A stretch of DNA of 64,000 nucleotides from an uncultured Gammaproteobacteria bacterium. Its GTDB lineage: Bacteria; Pseudomonadota; Gammaproteobacteria; GCA-001735895. The position numbers and the translations under genes are program-made. Where the stretch lies: positions 262,548 through 326,547 of the forward strand of contig CAVYHN010000009.1 in assembly GCA_963768295.1 (NCBI GenBank). The letters are read 5' to 3'. The notes under the pieces are model-generated. The model made no database searches. It was given only the letters and a program-made list of their open reading frames with translations, and was not told the DNA's origin. Below, piece by piece: positions 53,220-62,323 of the stretch; positions within the stretch are counted from its first letter, which is position 1; each line of letters opens with the position of its first letter.

Positions 53220-53864
53220 ATGCATAAATATACCGTTACGCTGGTTGAGGATGATGCCGATGTACGGGGTCGTTTATCAAGCCTGATTGCGGAGCACGAG
53301 CAGTTTGAGCTGCTCGATGCCTGCGGCACGATGGAGCAGGGTTTATCGGCCTTATCGCAACATAAACCCGATGTGTTGCTCACCGACCTCGGCTTGCCGG
53401 ATGGTTCCGGTATCGACATTATCAGGGCCATTGAGCAACAACATCTGGATTGCGACGCGATGGTGATTTCCGGTTTTCAGGATGAAAACCTGGTGTTCAA
53501 GGCACTGGAAGCGGGGGCCAAAGCCTATATTCTAAAACACGACAAGAGCCAGAAAATCACCGACGCCATTCTCGCCATGATCGATGGCGGTGCTCCGATG
53601 AGCCCGGTTATCGCGCGACTGATGCTGTTGAAGTTTCATAATGTGCAAACCCAGACGATTCCCTTGCCCGAAGCCTTGACCCCGAGGCAAACCAGGATTC
53701 TGAAACTGTTGAGCCAGGGTTTCTCGGCGCAGGAGGTTTCCGAGAAACTGGGTATCACTTATTACACTGTCACCACGCATATTAAAAATATATATAATAA
53801 GCTGCAGGTTAACAGCCGATCAGAAGCTATTTACGAGGCGATTCAACAAGGGCTCTTACCTTAA
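53220..53864 (+). CDS. NarL/FixJ (LuxR)-family response regulator, copy 2
   Basis: 214 aa, differs from copy 1 at 2 residues (K to R, Q to E). Confidence 0.9.
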   Translation: MHKYTVTLVEDDADVRGRLSSLIAEHEQFELLDACGTMEQGLSALSQHKPDVLLTDLGLPDGSGIDIIRAIEQQHLDCDAMVISGFQDENLVFKALEAGAKAYILKHDKSQKITDAILAMIDGGAPMSPVIARLMLLKFHNVQTQTIPLPEALTPRQTRILKLLSQGFSAQEVSEKLGITYYTVTTHIKNIYNKLQVNSRSEAIYEAIQQGLLP

Positions 53865-53928
53865 CGGGTCAGCGAAAATTTTTCTTGTAAGCTATATGTA
53901 GTAGCTGCAGAGGGAGTGGCAGACATAT

Positions 53929-55821
53929 ATGTTTTCATGGTTTACCCGGCATAAAATCACAGCGTTTTCGTTTCTGTTTGCCTATCTGGTATTGTTAAAT
54001 GTCATCGTTTTTCATACTCCATTCAACATTTTTTTCGAACCACAGCTGCCGGCTGTTGAAAAACTCGAATACCTTGAAAGTGATTTATCTGAGCCCGCTC
54101 AATTACCAACCGAGGATTGGCGGCCCGCGTCGTTACCCGATGACTGGGCGAAACGAAATACCCAGGTAGATCACGCCTGGTATCGGGCCACAGTTATCGT
54201 TGAAGACAGACCCGAGTCAGTATGGGCCGTGTACCTGCCCATGGTTTTTCACAATGCCGCGGTGTATGTCAATGGCCTCTGGGTGGGCCAGGGCGGCAGT
54301 TTTGATGAGCCGTTGTCACGGCATCACAATCAGCCACTAATGATCAACTTTTCATCAAGCCTGTTACGTTCGGGTGGGAACCGTATTCACATTAGAATGC
54401 AGACCACCGTCGGCAAGCAGGGTTTACTCGATCGTTTCTATGTCGGCCCGGCAAAAAAGCTACAGTTTGCCTATGACTGGAAGCGGTTAATCCGGTTTGA
54501 ATTTATTCAGTGGATTACCGCCGCGATGTATTTCATGTCGATGATCGTTTTTGCCTTCTGGCTGGCCAGGCGCGCGGATATTGTCTACGCCTTGTTTTCC
54601 CTGGAACTGTTTCTCTGGGCTACGCATAATCTAAACCTGTTTGTCACCAGCGTGCCGGTGTCTACTCGTCTGTGGGAAGCCATAATTCTGGTTTCGTTTG
54701 TCTGGACGATCGTAACGATGATTTTCTTCAATCACAGCTATGTTGGTTATGCGAACCGGAAAATAGAGAAGATAATTCTGTATTTCGCGCTCGCCAGCAT
54801 CGGTTTACTTTTTCTTCCGGATGTCAGTAGCGTTCATTACGTCGGTTATTACATTCTTGATACCGGTATTTGCCTGTTGGGTATTTACGCTATTTCACAT
54901 CTGCTATTTGTTTACTATCGCGAAGAGAAAAATCACAAAACAGCCCAGGATGCTTTTCTGATGCTTTTAGTCGGCATGCCCATCCTGGTTTCAGGCTTGC
55001 ATGACTATTTGCTGCTGAATAATTTGATCAATCGCCTGGACGGACTTGTCGTTCAGTACAGTGTCATCCCATCAATCATGTTATTCAGCTGGTTCATGAT
55101 CAGACGTTTTGTGCGTTCGATAAATCAGGCTGAAGAAATGACTGCCGTGCTCGAGCAACGGGTAAGGGAAAAACAGATGACCCTGGAGAGCCAGTACCAG
55201 GATCTGCGAGTATCGGAGCAAAAAAGGCTGCTTGCAGAGGAGCGTGAGCGAATCATGCGTGACATGCATGATGGTATCGGCGGGCAACTGGTATCCATCG
55301 TCGCGCAGTTGCAGGATAAAAGCGGAGAGGTTTTTGGAAACGTTCGTGACAAGGTGCAACACAGTTTAACCGATTTGCGTCTGGTCATTGATTCGCTCGA
55401 CCCGGTGCTCAGCGATTTGCCGACCTTGTTGGGAATGATGAGGATGCGATTTGCCGACCAGCTAAGCGCGGCGAATATGGAACTTGAGTGGGCGGTGACC
55501 GATCTTCCCGAATGCGAGGCTATCGGACCTGGCGAGTGTTTACATATCATGCGTATCTTGCAGGAGGCTATTAACAATAGCGCCAAACATTCTGGATCCG
55601 CTAAATTGACCTTAACGACGGGAGTGCTGGCTGCAGAACATCCGCAGATTTATATTGACATCATCGATTATGGCCGGGGTTTGCCGAATAACACCGGCGG
55701 CAATCATGCAGGGCGGGGCATAAGGAACATGCACTACCGCGCAGGGCAACTTGGAGCAAAGCTTGAAATAAATGGATCCTTAACGGGAACACTGGTTAGA
55801 TTAATATTGAATTTTCGATAA
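53929..55821 (+). CDS. 7TM-receptor-type sensor histidine kinase, copy 2
   Basis: 630 aa, same architecture as copy 1 with about 40 substitutions, concentrated in the N-terminal extracellular sensor domain and the C-terminal ATPase tail. Confidence 0.85.
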   Translation: MFSWFTRHKITAFSFLFAYLVLLNVIVFHTPFNIFFEPQLPAVEKLEYLESDLSEPAQLPTEDWRPASLPDDWAKRNTQVDHAWYRATVIVEDRPESVWAVYLPMVFHNAAVYVNGLWVGQGGSFDEPLSRHHNQPLMINFSSSLLRSGGNRIHIRMQTTVGKQGLLDRFYVGPAKKLQFAYDWKRLIRFEFIQWITAAMYFMSMIVFAFWLARRADIVYALFSLELFLWATHNLNLFVTSVPVSTRLWEAIILVSFVWTIVTMIFFNHSYVGYANRKIEKIILYFALASIGLLFLPDVSSVHYVGYYILDTGICLLGIYAISHLLFVYYREEKNHKTAQDAFLMLLVGMPILVSGLHDYLLLNNLINRLDGLVVQYSVIPSIMLFSWFMIRRFVRSINQAEEMTAVLEQRVREKQMTLESQYQDLRVSEQKRLLAEERERIMRDMHDGIGGQLVSIVAQLQDKSGEVFGNVRDKVQHSLTDLRLVIDSLDPVLSDLPTLLGMMRMRFADQLSAANMELEWAVTDLPECEAIGPGECLHIMRILQEAINNSAKHSGSAKLTLTTGVLAAEHPQIYIDIIDYGRGLPNNTGGNHAGRGIRNMHYRAGQLGAKLEINGSLTGTLVRLILNFR

Positions 55822-56355
55822 TTGATACCTGCATCTGGATTGACCTGAGCCTGAAAGTATCTTCACTCAGAGTAAAGCATTCGGATTCAACAGGCCATCA
55901 TCCGTGAACCGCTATACGCAGCCGGACATGGCGCCGTGGTCGGTGAACTTAACCAGGTGACCAATAGGGCGGTGCGGGCAAAACAGGGGTCGAGGTCATT
56001 CTCGATTATTTGGGATCCTCCGCCGGCGCTGAAAAAAAACTTCAAGCCCATACAATCGCACAAATAGAAAACCCCAGGGGACTTGTCGCGGGGAAAATCC
56101 GGGCGGCTCATTCCTGGTTGCGAGAATAGGGCAGAAATCGAATTAGTCGGACAGGCTATTTATAACAAAGATCTTTGACAGGGAGCAATCGAGCAGATAG
56201 CAAATCCAGAAACAGGGTTTCTTCGTACGGAGTTTTGCGGGGATTGGTTGTGCATTGTTATGCTTCGTGGTGCAAAGCCTGGAATCGCGCGCCACATAAG
56301 CTCATGAAAAATAGAGAAGTATAAGTTGGTTTGTAATCTGAAAATCCCCGTGTCG

Positions 56356-56396
56356 GTGCCGAGCGCGGACCGGTTCGATTCCGCCCCTGGGCACAA
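56356..56396 (+). other. tRNA 3'-end-like remnant (T-loop GGTTCGATTCC plus acceptor-like CCCTGGGCACAA)
   Basis: GTGCCGAGCGCGGACCGGTTCGATTCCGCCCCTGGGCACAA resembles the T-arm and acceptor 3' strand of a tRNA-Leu(CAG)-type gene (…GTTCGAGTCTCGCCCTGGGCACCA). No matching 5' half upstream. The intact tRNA-Leu(CAA) 3' end at 48466 is different. Confidence 0.3.
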
Positions 56397-56739
56397 TTTT
56401 TTTCCCATCAACCAGCAATAGCTAATCGAGTGCCTGGCCTGTATCAAATGCTGGTCGCTAGCCTCGATTCTCTTGCGAGCCTTAAAATAGTGCTGTCAAT
56501 ATCGCGGCGCAAATAAAGGTCGAATCGCAAGTTACCTGTTAATCGCAGATTTGCCATCTCTGGAATTGCTTCTGAATCCCGATGACCCGGGAGTATGTGT
56601 CCCTTAGTAACTTCCTTTAGGAAGCAGTGAACGGCATCCATCCGTGCAACATTTCGACGTGTGGCTCGGCATACTACGGCAAGCCTGATTGATCACCTGG
56701 CTTAAATCGTCCAGAGCAGGGCGACAAAATCGATGTTAA

Positions 56740-57468
56740 TCAATAGCTGCGCTTACGTGGCATGTCGTAGGCACTGCCACTATAGGCGAAAGGCGTGGTC
56801 CTGCCGACCAGTTCCTCGATCAAGGCAAGCTCGGCATCACTGTGGTTGATGAATGGAGCCGGCACGATCAACTTGCTGCCGGCAGAGGCAGGTAATACGT
56901 ATACGGGTTCATCGTGATGTTCCGACACGATGTCCTTGCTGACGTTGGGATCAGCGTTGGCGTCAATGCGGGTATGCCCGTAACAGGTGCACACATAGGA
57001 TTTCTCGGGATCGGATTCGACGTAGATTCCGGTACCACGAATTCCGATGGTCGCGGTCGGAGTCAGAATCTGGCGTGGCTGCTCACGCTTGCCGAACACC
57101 GACAGTAAAGCGCCCGAGACTATGCGCAAACTGTCGACCAACAGACCATTGCTACTCTTCATGCGAATTTCACTATTGCCACGCAGAATAAAAGCCTCCT
57201 CGTCGACCACAAATATGATTAGCCCATCCGCTCCGGTTTGAACCCGGGATCCCGGCCCGATGCGCGTGTTGATGTTAGCCTTGCGGTCATCGACGGTTAC
57301 CGATCCCTGCAGCTTGTAAATCGACCGACCGTCCGGCAATTTTCGTGGGATCTCGCCCATCGCATGACTTTGCTGCAATATTTGCGCTACCCCGGTGGAG
57401 GCGAACAGACCCATGGACAAGGCGCGGATCAAAAAAATCCGTCTCGGGTCTTCGGTATTGTTGGTCAT
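56740..57468 (-). CDS. TAT-signal (RRIFLIRAL) periplasmic protein, FecR-domain-like
   Basis: Twin-arginine signal peptide DPRRIFLIRALSMGLFASTGVAQ followed by a beta-rich domain (…IGIRGTGIYVE…). Start set at the internal Met preceding the signal peptide. Confidence 0.5.
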   Translation of the reverse strand: MTNNTEDPRRIFLIRALSMGLFASTGVAQILQQSHAMGEIPRKLPDGRSIYKLQGSVTVDDRKANINTRIGPGSRVQTGADGLIIFVVDEEAFILRGNSEIRMKSSNGLLVDSLRIVSGALLSVFGKREQPRQILTPTATIGIRGTGIYVESDPEKSYVCTCYGHTRIDANADPNVSKDIVSEHHDEPVYVLPASAGSKLIVPAPFINHSDAELALIEELVGRTTPFAYSGSAYDMPRKRSY

Positions 57469-57641
57469 TATATTTAGCCCGTCTGAGATTTCTGCATACT
57501 TTAGTAAGTTACTCCATAAATGTAAATTGGCCGCTTGCCGATGGAAACTGATTTTATGGTTGCAACTCATAATCAGGCTGTTAATAATAACTTCGAATAA
57601 TGAAAATCAACCGGGCGAAATTTCCCCAGGGCGGATTCAAA

Positions 57642-58484
57642 ATGACTCCTTGGATACGATCGATCACTGCATCTGTAGTCATGCTGGCTTCAACGAGTCT
57701 GTGGGCTTTGTCACCGATATATACCGTGCAAACGGGCCTTGGCAGCGTCGCTATTGATGATGAGAGTGACAGTTACCACTATCTGACCGGCGCCGCGTTG
57801 CTCTCGACAGGCGTGGGTAATAACAGCCTGATCGATTTGCAGGGCGAAGTCTCGACCTGGAATTATTCCGACGACGACCACCTCGACAGCGAGGAAATTT
57901 TCCTGCAGGGCACCTACAGCTACACACCCACGGCAGGCTTTCGAGTGCCGACCTATTCCCTCGCGCTGCGTTATCTCGAGGAATTCGGTGCCGAGGACGC
58001 GCTCGACGCCTCGACTGTTACGCTGATCCTGTCACTTGCCTATCGCATCGACGATCGCACCAGCATTCGCGGTGGTGTGAAATTCGGTGATCGGGATTCC
58101 GAATCCGAGATCGACTCAGATATCTTCGGTTACTTCGTCAACCTCGATCTTATCTACAGTGAAAACCTGTTGTTTTACACCACCGTCGGTCTCGACGAGG
58201 GCGCCGAGAATAATCGCTCTTACTGCTCCGGCGCTTATCTCGGAGAGTCGAATAGCGCGAACAGGCAACCTGGGAGTATCAGGAACAGACAGCATTTCCA
58301 GAATTCAAACCGCGAAGACGCCTTTTCCGGCGAATGCGATAATACCTATTTCGTGTTAGGCGCCAATTACGCCCTGAACGCGAATCACAGCTTCGACGCT
58401 TCAGCGACCTTCCAGGATTACGACACTCCGGTCGGTTCGCTCGACGTCGAAATCTACGCAATCGACTATTTCTACCGCTTTTAG
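57642..58484 (+). CDS. outer-membrane beta-barrel protein (porin-like), C-terminal YRF
   Basis: Signal peptide MTPWIRSITASVVMLASTSLWA, alternating amphipathic beta-strands with Asp/Gly/Asn-rich loops, terminal aromatic F (…AIDYFYRF). Confidence 0.55.
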   Translation: MTPWIRSITASVVMLASTSLWALSPIYTVQTGLGSVAIDDESDSYHYLTGAALLSTGVGNNSLIDLQGEVSTWNYSDDDHLDSEEIFLQGTYSYTPTAGFRVPTYSLALRYLEEFGAEDALDASTVTLILSLAYRIDDRTSIRGGVKFGDRDSESEIDSDIFGYFVNLDLIYSENLLFYTTVGLDEGAENNRSYCSGAYLGESNSANRQPGSIRNRQHFQNSNREDAFSGECDNTYFVLGANYALNANHSFDASATFQDYDTPVGSLDVEIYAIDYFYRF

Positions 58485-58541
58485 CGACGAATTGCCAAAC
58501 CCCACCCGTCGTAGCCCGTAAGAATCTAATTTAATTCGGCG

Positions 58542-58558
58542 GAAATCAGTCTGATTTC
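58542..58558. promoter_or_regulatory. perfect 17-bp palindrome GAAATCAGTCTGATTTC
   Basis: Exact inverted repeat (7-bp arms with 3-nt centre) 57 nt downstream of the OMP gene and about 230 nt upstream of the HDOD gene. Operator-like. Confidence 0.3.
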
Positions 58559-58790
58559 GGATGCCCATGGCTGGACGGCGTCGTTAATATCTTTATTTAC
58601 TTTTTGGAATAATCGAAAAAGAGTGATAATTCTTCCTATACTTTAATGCCGTACCTTAAAGCAGGTTTGCCGGGCAAAGTATGTGAGACTCAGTAGCGAT
58701 ATATCCAGGGATTATTGCCATAGCGTGATGTCTGATGCGGTCTCTGGGGCCATTTAGAAGTTAAACAATATAATTCAATGAGGGAAATAC

Positions 58791-59630
58791 ATGAGCGAAA
58801 AAGCAGAACTTTTTTTTGAGGAATTAAAAATTGCTATTGAAACGGACAAACTGGTTCTGCCCTCATTGCCCGAAGTAGCACTAAAAATTCGTGATGTGGT
58901 CGATAGTGAAACTGCTTCTGCACAACAAGTGTCAGAAATTCTGGCTCAGGATGCGGCGCTTTCTGCACGGCTAATTCAGGTTGCGAATAGCCCGCTGTAT
59001 CGCACGCGAAACCCAATCGAAGATCTACAAATGGCCATTACGCGAATGGGTCTACGGTTAGTGCGCGATCTGGTTATGAGTCTGGCTATGAAACAAATAT
59101 TTCAGGCAACATCTGATGTGTTAGATGAACAATTTCGTGCCACCTGGAATACATCTGTCACCATGGCTGCTATCTGTCGGATGTTATCTAATACGGTTCC
59201 AGGCATGAATTCTGAACAGGCGTTATTAGCTGGATTGATACATAATATTGGCGCATTACCCATACTGGTATTAGCGGAAAAAGATGATGATCTGGTTATG
59301 GATGCCGGCACACTAAATGACATGATCTGGGAATTACAGGGCCGTGTTGGGGAGTTGATACTGGAAAGCTGGCATTTCCCCAAACCAATGATTGATGTGG
59401 TTAAAGAGTGCCATAACTTTGATTATACGCACGACGATGCTGCGGATTATGTCGATCTGGTACAAGCGGCTTTATTGCAAAGCCACCTGGTGGGCGAGAA
59501 ACATGCTCCATCCGATTGGTCTACTGTACCGGCATTTGCAAAACTGGGAATGGACACAGAAATAAACATTATTGATATAAAAGAAAATAAGGAAATTATT
59601 GAAGAAACCAAAGAGTCTTTGATGATTTAA
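58791..59630 (+). CDS. HDOD-domain protein
   Basis: 279 aa: LPSLPEVALKIRDVV…SAQQVSEILAQDAALSARLIQVANSPLY… matches the HDOD signalling domain. Confidence 0.85.
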   Translation: MSEKAELFFEELKIAIETDKLVLPSLPEVALKIRDVVDSETASAQQVSEILAQDAALSARLIQVANSPLYRTRNPIEDLQMAITRMGLRLVRDLVMSLAMKQIFQATSDVLDEQFRATWNTSVTMAAICRMLSNTVPGMNSEQALLAGLIHNIGALPILVLAEKDDDLVMDAGTLNDMIWELQGRVGELILESWHFPKPMIDVVKECHNFDYTHDDAADYVDLVQAALLQSHLVGEKHAPSDWSTVPAFAKLGMDTEINIIDIKENKEIIEETKESLMI

Positions 59631-59786
59631 ATCTGCAATCTCGAATCTAAAGTATGCAATTCCACAAACTAAACGTTAATTACTCAACTTCTTAATCTTT
59701 TTACCATTTCAGGTATAAGCATCACCAGAGCTGGCATCCCAACGTCTGCAGCAATATTATAAATTGCTCTATTCGTGAGTAACCGG

Positions 59787-59821
59787 AGTGCCATCCCGCA
59801 GTGCCATCCCGCAGTGCCATC
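59787..59821. repeat. 13-nt tandem repeat AGTGCCATCCCGC x2.7
   Basis: AGTGCCATCCCGC AGTGCCATCCCGC AGTGCCATC in the AT-rich region about 140 nt upstream of the SDR::FAD-oxidase gene. Confidence 0.5.
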
Positions 59822-59957
59822 TTTCTTTGAAAGAGATCGGCGAACACTATCGAAAGCATTACACGACGACAGTCGGATTGTAAAAAGTGTTAGAGTTATG
59901 ACTTTGAAAGACCTGACCCCGATAATTTATTGATTGTCGGAAAGATGTGGAGACTGT

Positions 59958-62150
59958 ATGAGTAAACATACATTTTCATTTGGTGGCAAGGTTGCAGTAG
60001 TCACTGGTGCTTCCCGTGGCATCGGCAAGTCTGTTTGTATCGAACTGGCGCGAAGAGGTTGTAGCATTGTCGCAATTGCAAGACCTTCAGATGAACTCAA
60101 TGAAGTCGTAGATGTGCTGCGTGGGCAGGGGCACGACGCTCAGGCGTTCCCTTGTGACCTGAATGATACCGACGCAATTGAAACATTGTGTAAACAATTA
60201 TTACACCAATATGTGCATATAGATATTCTGGTTAACTGCGCAGGAGTTGGTAAATTCGGCCCGATAGATTCGTTGACATTTGCTGAAACACGCGCACCTA
60301 TCAACGTGCCTTTTACTGCTGCAGTTTGCCTGTCCAGGGGGCTGTTGCCGGCAATGATCAATCGGGGTGAAAGTCGGATTATCAACGTGGTTAGTCCGGC
60401 CGGGTATTTCGATTTGCCGTATATGGCCGCATATACGGCGTCACGTTCGGGGCTGTTAAGCTTTACGCGTTCACTGGATGAAGAAGTCAAGTTGCAAGGT
60501 GTCAGGGTACGTTCAGTTTGTCCGGCCTGGGTGGACAGCGAGTATATCAGTCGAAATCAGACCGATGGTGACTGGCTGCCGAAAATGTCGAAATATTTTC
60601 CAGTGGCAAGCACTGACGAAGCAGCGGGCATGGTCATTAAATCTATAGTCGGCAATCGACGGGAATACAAAGCGGGTTGGATACTCAACCTGTGCGTACT
60701 CTGCTATCGCTGGTTTCCACGCCTTTCTGTTGGGAGTTTCAAGATACTGGGACTCTATGCTCCTCCTGCATTAAGCGCAGTCGCAAAAAATCGCAAGGAT
60801 GCCGATGAGTGGACGAATTGGGAAGAAAGTATCTCACTGGAGGCATCGCGCACGACGTTTCCCACCAGCGTCGAGGAAGTCGCTGCCATCGTTGCAAACA
60901 CCAAAGAATATCCATCGCCGCTGCGCGCCGCCGGTTCTCGGCATACAACGACACATTGTGGTGTTGCTGATCGAGGTACCCTGGTCATCATGCGCGATAT
61001 GGATCGTGTCATCGACATCGATGTTGATGCGTTAACGGTTACCGTGCAGGCGGGCGCCCTGTATATCGATGTCTCGGAAGCGCTCAAAGCAAAAGGACTG
61101 CAGTTCTATGTAAACGTTGAAATCGGTAACCTGACCATGGGTAGTGCCGCCTCGACCGGGACGAAAGATGCATCCATGCCGGGCGAATATGGGCAGGTAT
61201 GTTCGTATTGTGTTGGCGTTACCATGGTCATGGCCGACGGCGAAGTGCGCAGCATAAACGAGGATGAACCCGAATTGATGCAGGCAGTTCGTTCCAGCTA
61301 TGGTTTACTCGGTGTGATTGTTGAAACCACTTTCCGCGTGCAATTATTGCGACCGATGTTGGTCAAACACCAAACCTACAGTCTGGATCAGTTTGAGCGT
61401 GTCTTGCCGGAATTGCGCCAACGGAACCAGTCCATCATGTACTACCTGTTTCCATTCCAGAATAAATTAACGGTCGAATTCCGGCAGTATGTTGATGGAC
61501 CAATAACTCGACCCAATCGCTGGAAGTGGCGGCTGCGAAATTTCTTCTGGAAAACACTGGCGCCCAGCTTTTCTTTTTTAGCGACGCGCTTTGTCAGCCA
61601 TCGGCGAATTCGTTACCTGTTAATCGACACCTTCTTCCAGCTTATTCCATTCTTGACCAGGTGGGTTATCAGTAGTCAGAACACATTGGCAGGTGATCAG
61701 ATAATTCGCTATCCGGAGCACAAGAATTTCTCCAAATATACGTTCAGCATCTGGGCATTTCCTGAAGAGAAAATAATGCCCACCATGCGCGCCTATTTCA
61801 GTTTCTGCCAGGACTATTATCGCGATCATGGGTTTCGGTGTGATTTGCTGAACGTGGGGTATCGGATCGAAGCCGACACAAATCCTCTTTTTTCTTATTC
61901 GTATGATGGCACGGTGATGACGCTGGATCCGGTGACTACCGGCGCGCCGGGTTGGGATGACTTTCTAAAGGCCTATAATGAGTTTTGTTCTCAACATGGC
62001 GGTGTACCCCTGTTTAATCAGACAAAGTGGTTAACCCAAAGCCAGGTGCACAAGGCTTTTGGCGATAAAATTGATGATTTTCAAAAAATTCGTCGCAGCA
62101 TGGATCCTGAGGACCGATTATTGAATCGATATTTCAGGGAGTTGTTATAA
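59958..62150 (+). CDS. fusion protein: N-terminal short-chain dehydrogenase/reductase (SDR) plus C-terminal FAD-linked oxidase (PCMH FAD-binding plus ALO/GULO-type C-domain)
   Basis: N-terminus GKVAVVTGASRGIGKS… and …YTASRSGL… give the SDR cofactor and catalytic Tyr-x3-Lys motifs. The middle …VEEVAAIVANTKEYPSPLRAAGSRHTTTHCGVADRGTLVIMRDM… is an FAD-binding PCMH domain. The C-terminus …PLFNQTKWLTQSQVHKAFGDKIDDFQKIRRSMDPEDRLLNRYF matches sugar-1,4-lactone/alditol oxidase tails. GGAG RBS 6 nt before the ATG at 59958. Confidence 0.75.
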   Translation: MSKHTFSFGGKVAVVTGASRGIGKSVCIELARRGCSIVAIARPSDELNEVVDVLRGQGHDAQAFPCDLNDTDAIETLCKQLLHQYVHIDILVNCAGVGKFGPIDSLTFAETRAPINVPFTAAVCLSRGLLPAMINRGESRIINVVSPAGYFDLPYMAAYTASRSGLLSFTRSLDEEVKLQGVRVRSVCPAWVDSEYISRNQTDGDWLPKMSKYFPVASTDEAAGMVIKSIVGNRREYKAGWILNLCVLCYRWFPRLSVGSFKILGLYAPPALSAVAKNRKDADEWTNWEESISLEASRTTFPTSVEEVAAIVANTKEYPSPLRAAGSRHTTTHCGVADRGTLVIMRDMDRVIDIDVDALTVTVQAGALYIDVSEALKAKGLQFYVNVEIGNLTMGSAASTGTKDASMPGEYGQVCSYCVGVTMVMADGEVRSINEDEPELMQAVRSSYGLLGVIVETTFRVQLLRPMLVKHQTYSLDQFERVLPELRQRNQSIMYYLFPFQNKLTVEFRQYVDGPITRPNRWKWRLRNFFWKTLAPSFSFLATRFVSHRRIRYLLIDTFFQLIPFLTRWVISSQNTLAGDQIIRYPEHKNFSKYTFSIWAFPEEKIMPTMRAYFSFCQDYYRDHGFRCDLLNVGYRIEADTNPLFSYSYDGTVMTLDPVTTGAPGWDDFLKAYNEFCSQHGGVPLFNQTKWLTQSQVHKAFGDKIDDFQKIRRSMDPEDRLLNRYFRELL

Positions 62151-62323
62151 CGGCATGACTAGCGAACTGTCCATTTGGTGGAACTTCCAGAAACACCACT
62201 GATTTACGGATAGTCCAGAGAAAATCCTGTAACGTTTGAGCAGCAAATGCCGAACCCATATCGATTGCTGCCGGGGAATATACGCGCAACCCGATAGGTT
62301 GGCGCACATGAGGAGTGCCAGGA

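Larger units (their letters stand above)
52236..55852. repeat. right arm of imperfect inverted duplication (X2-RR2-HK2)
   Basis: Mirror copy of 48612-52235. A near-palindromic centre at about 52.23-52.25 kb is readable directly (…GGATTTTCAGCCGAAAGCAAAT… / …ATTTGCTTTCGGGTGAAAATCC…). Confidence 0.85.

Noticed and set aside
48612-55852. Palindrome as a long-read fold-back assembly artefact
   Set aside because: The arms differ by many nucleotide substitutions that change amino acids (HK copies ~94% identical, concentrated in the sensor domain), not just indels. The outer junctions sit in unique, different flanks. This still deserves read-level confirmation.
48381-56396. Classical tRNA-integrated genomic island bounded by tRNA-Leu and a 3'-end direct repeat
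   Set aside because: The remnant at 56356-56396 does not repeat the 3' end of the tRNA-Leu(CAA) at 48381-48466; only the generic GGTTCGA-TCC T-loop is shared. No integrase, excisionase or transposase is present between them.
55853-56739. tmRNA or RNase P RNA gene
   Set aside because: No match to the conserved tmRNA 5' end or tag-peptide reading frame. Only a short resemblance to the RNase P P4 region. Left as an unassigned possibly structured region.
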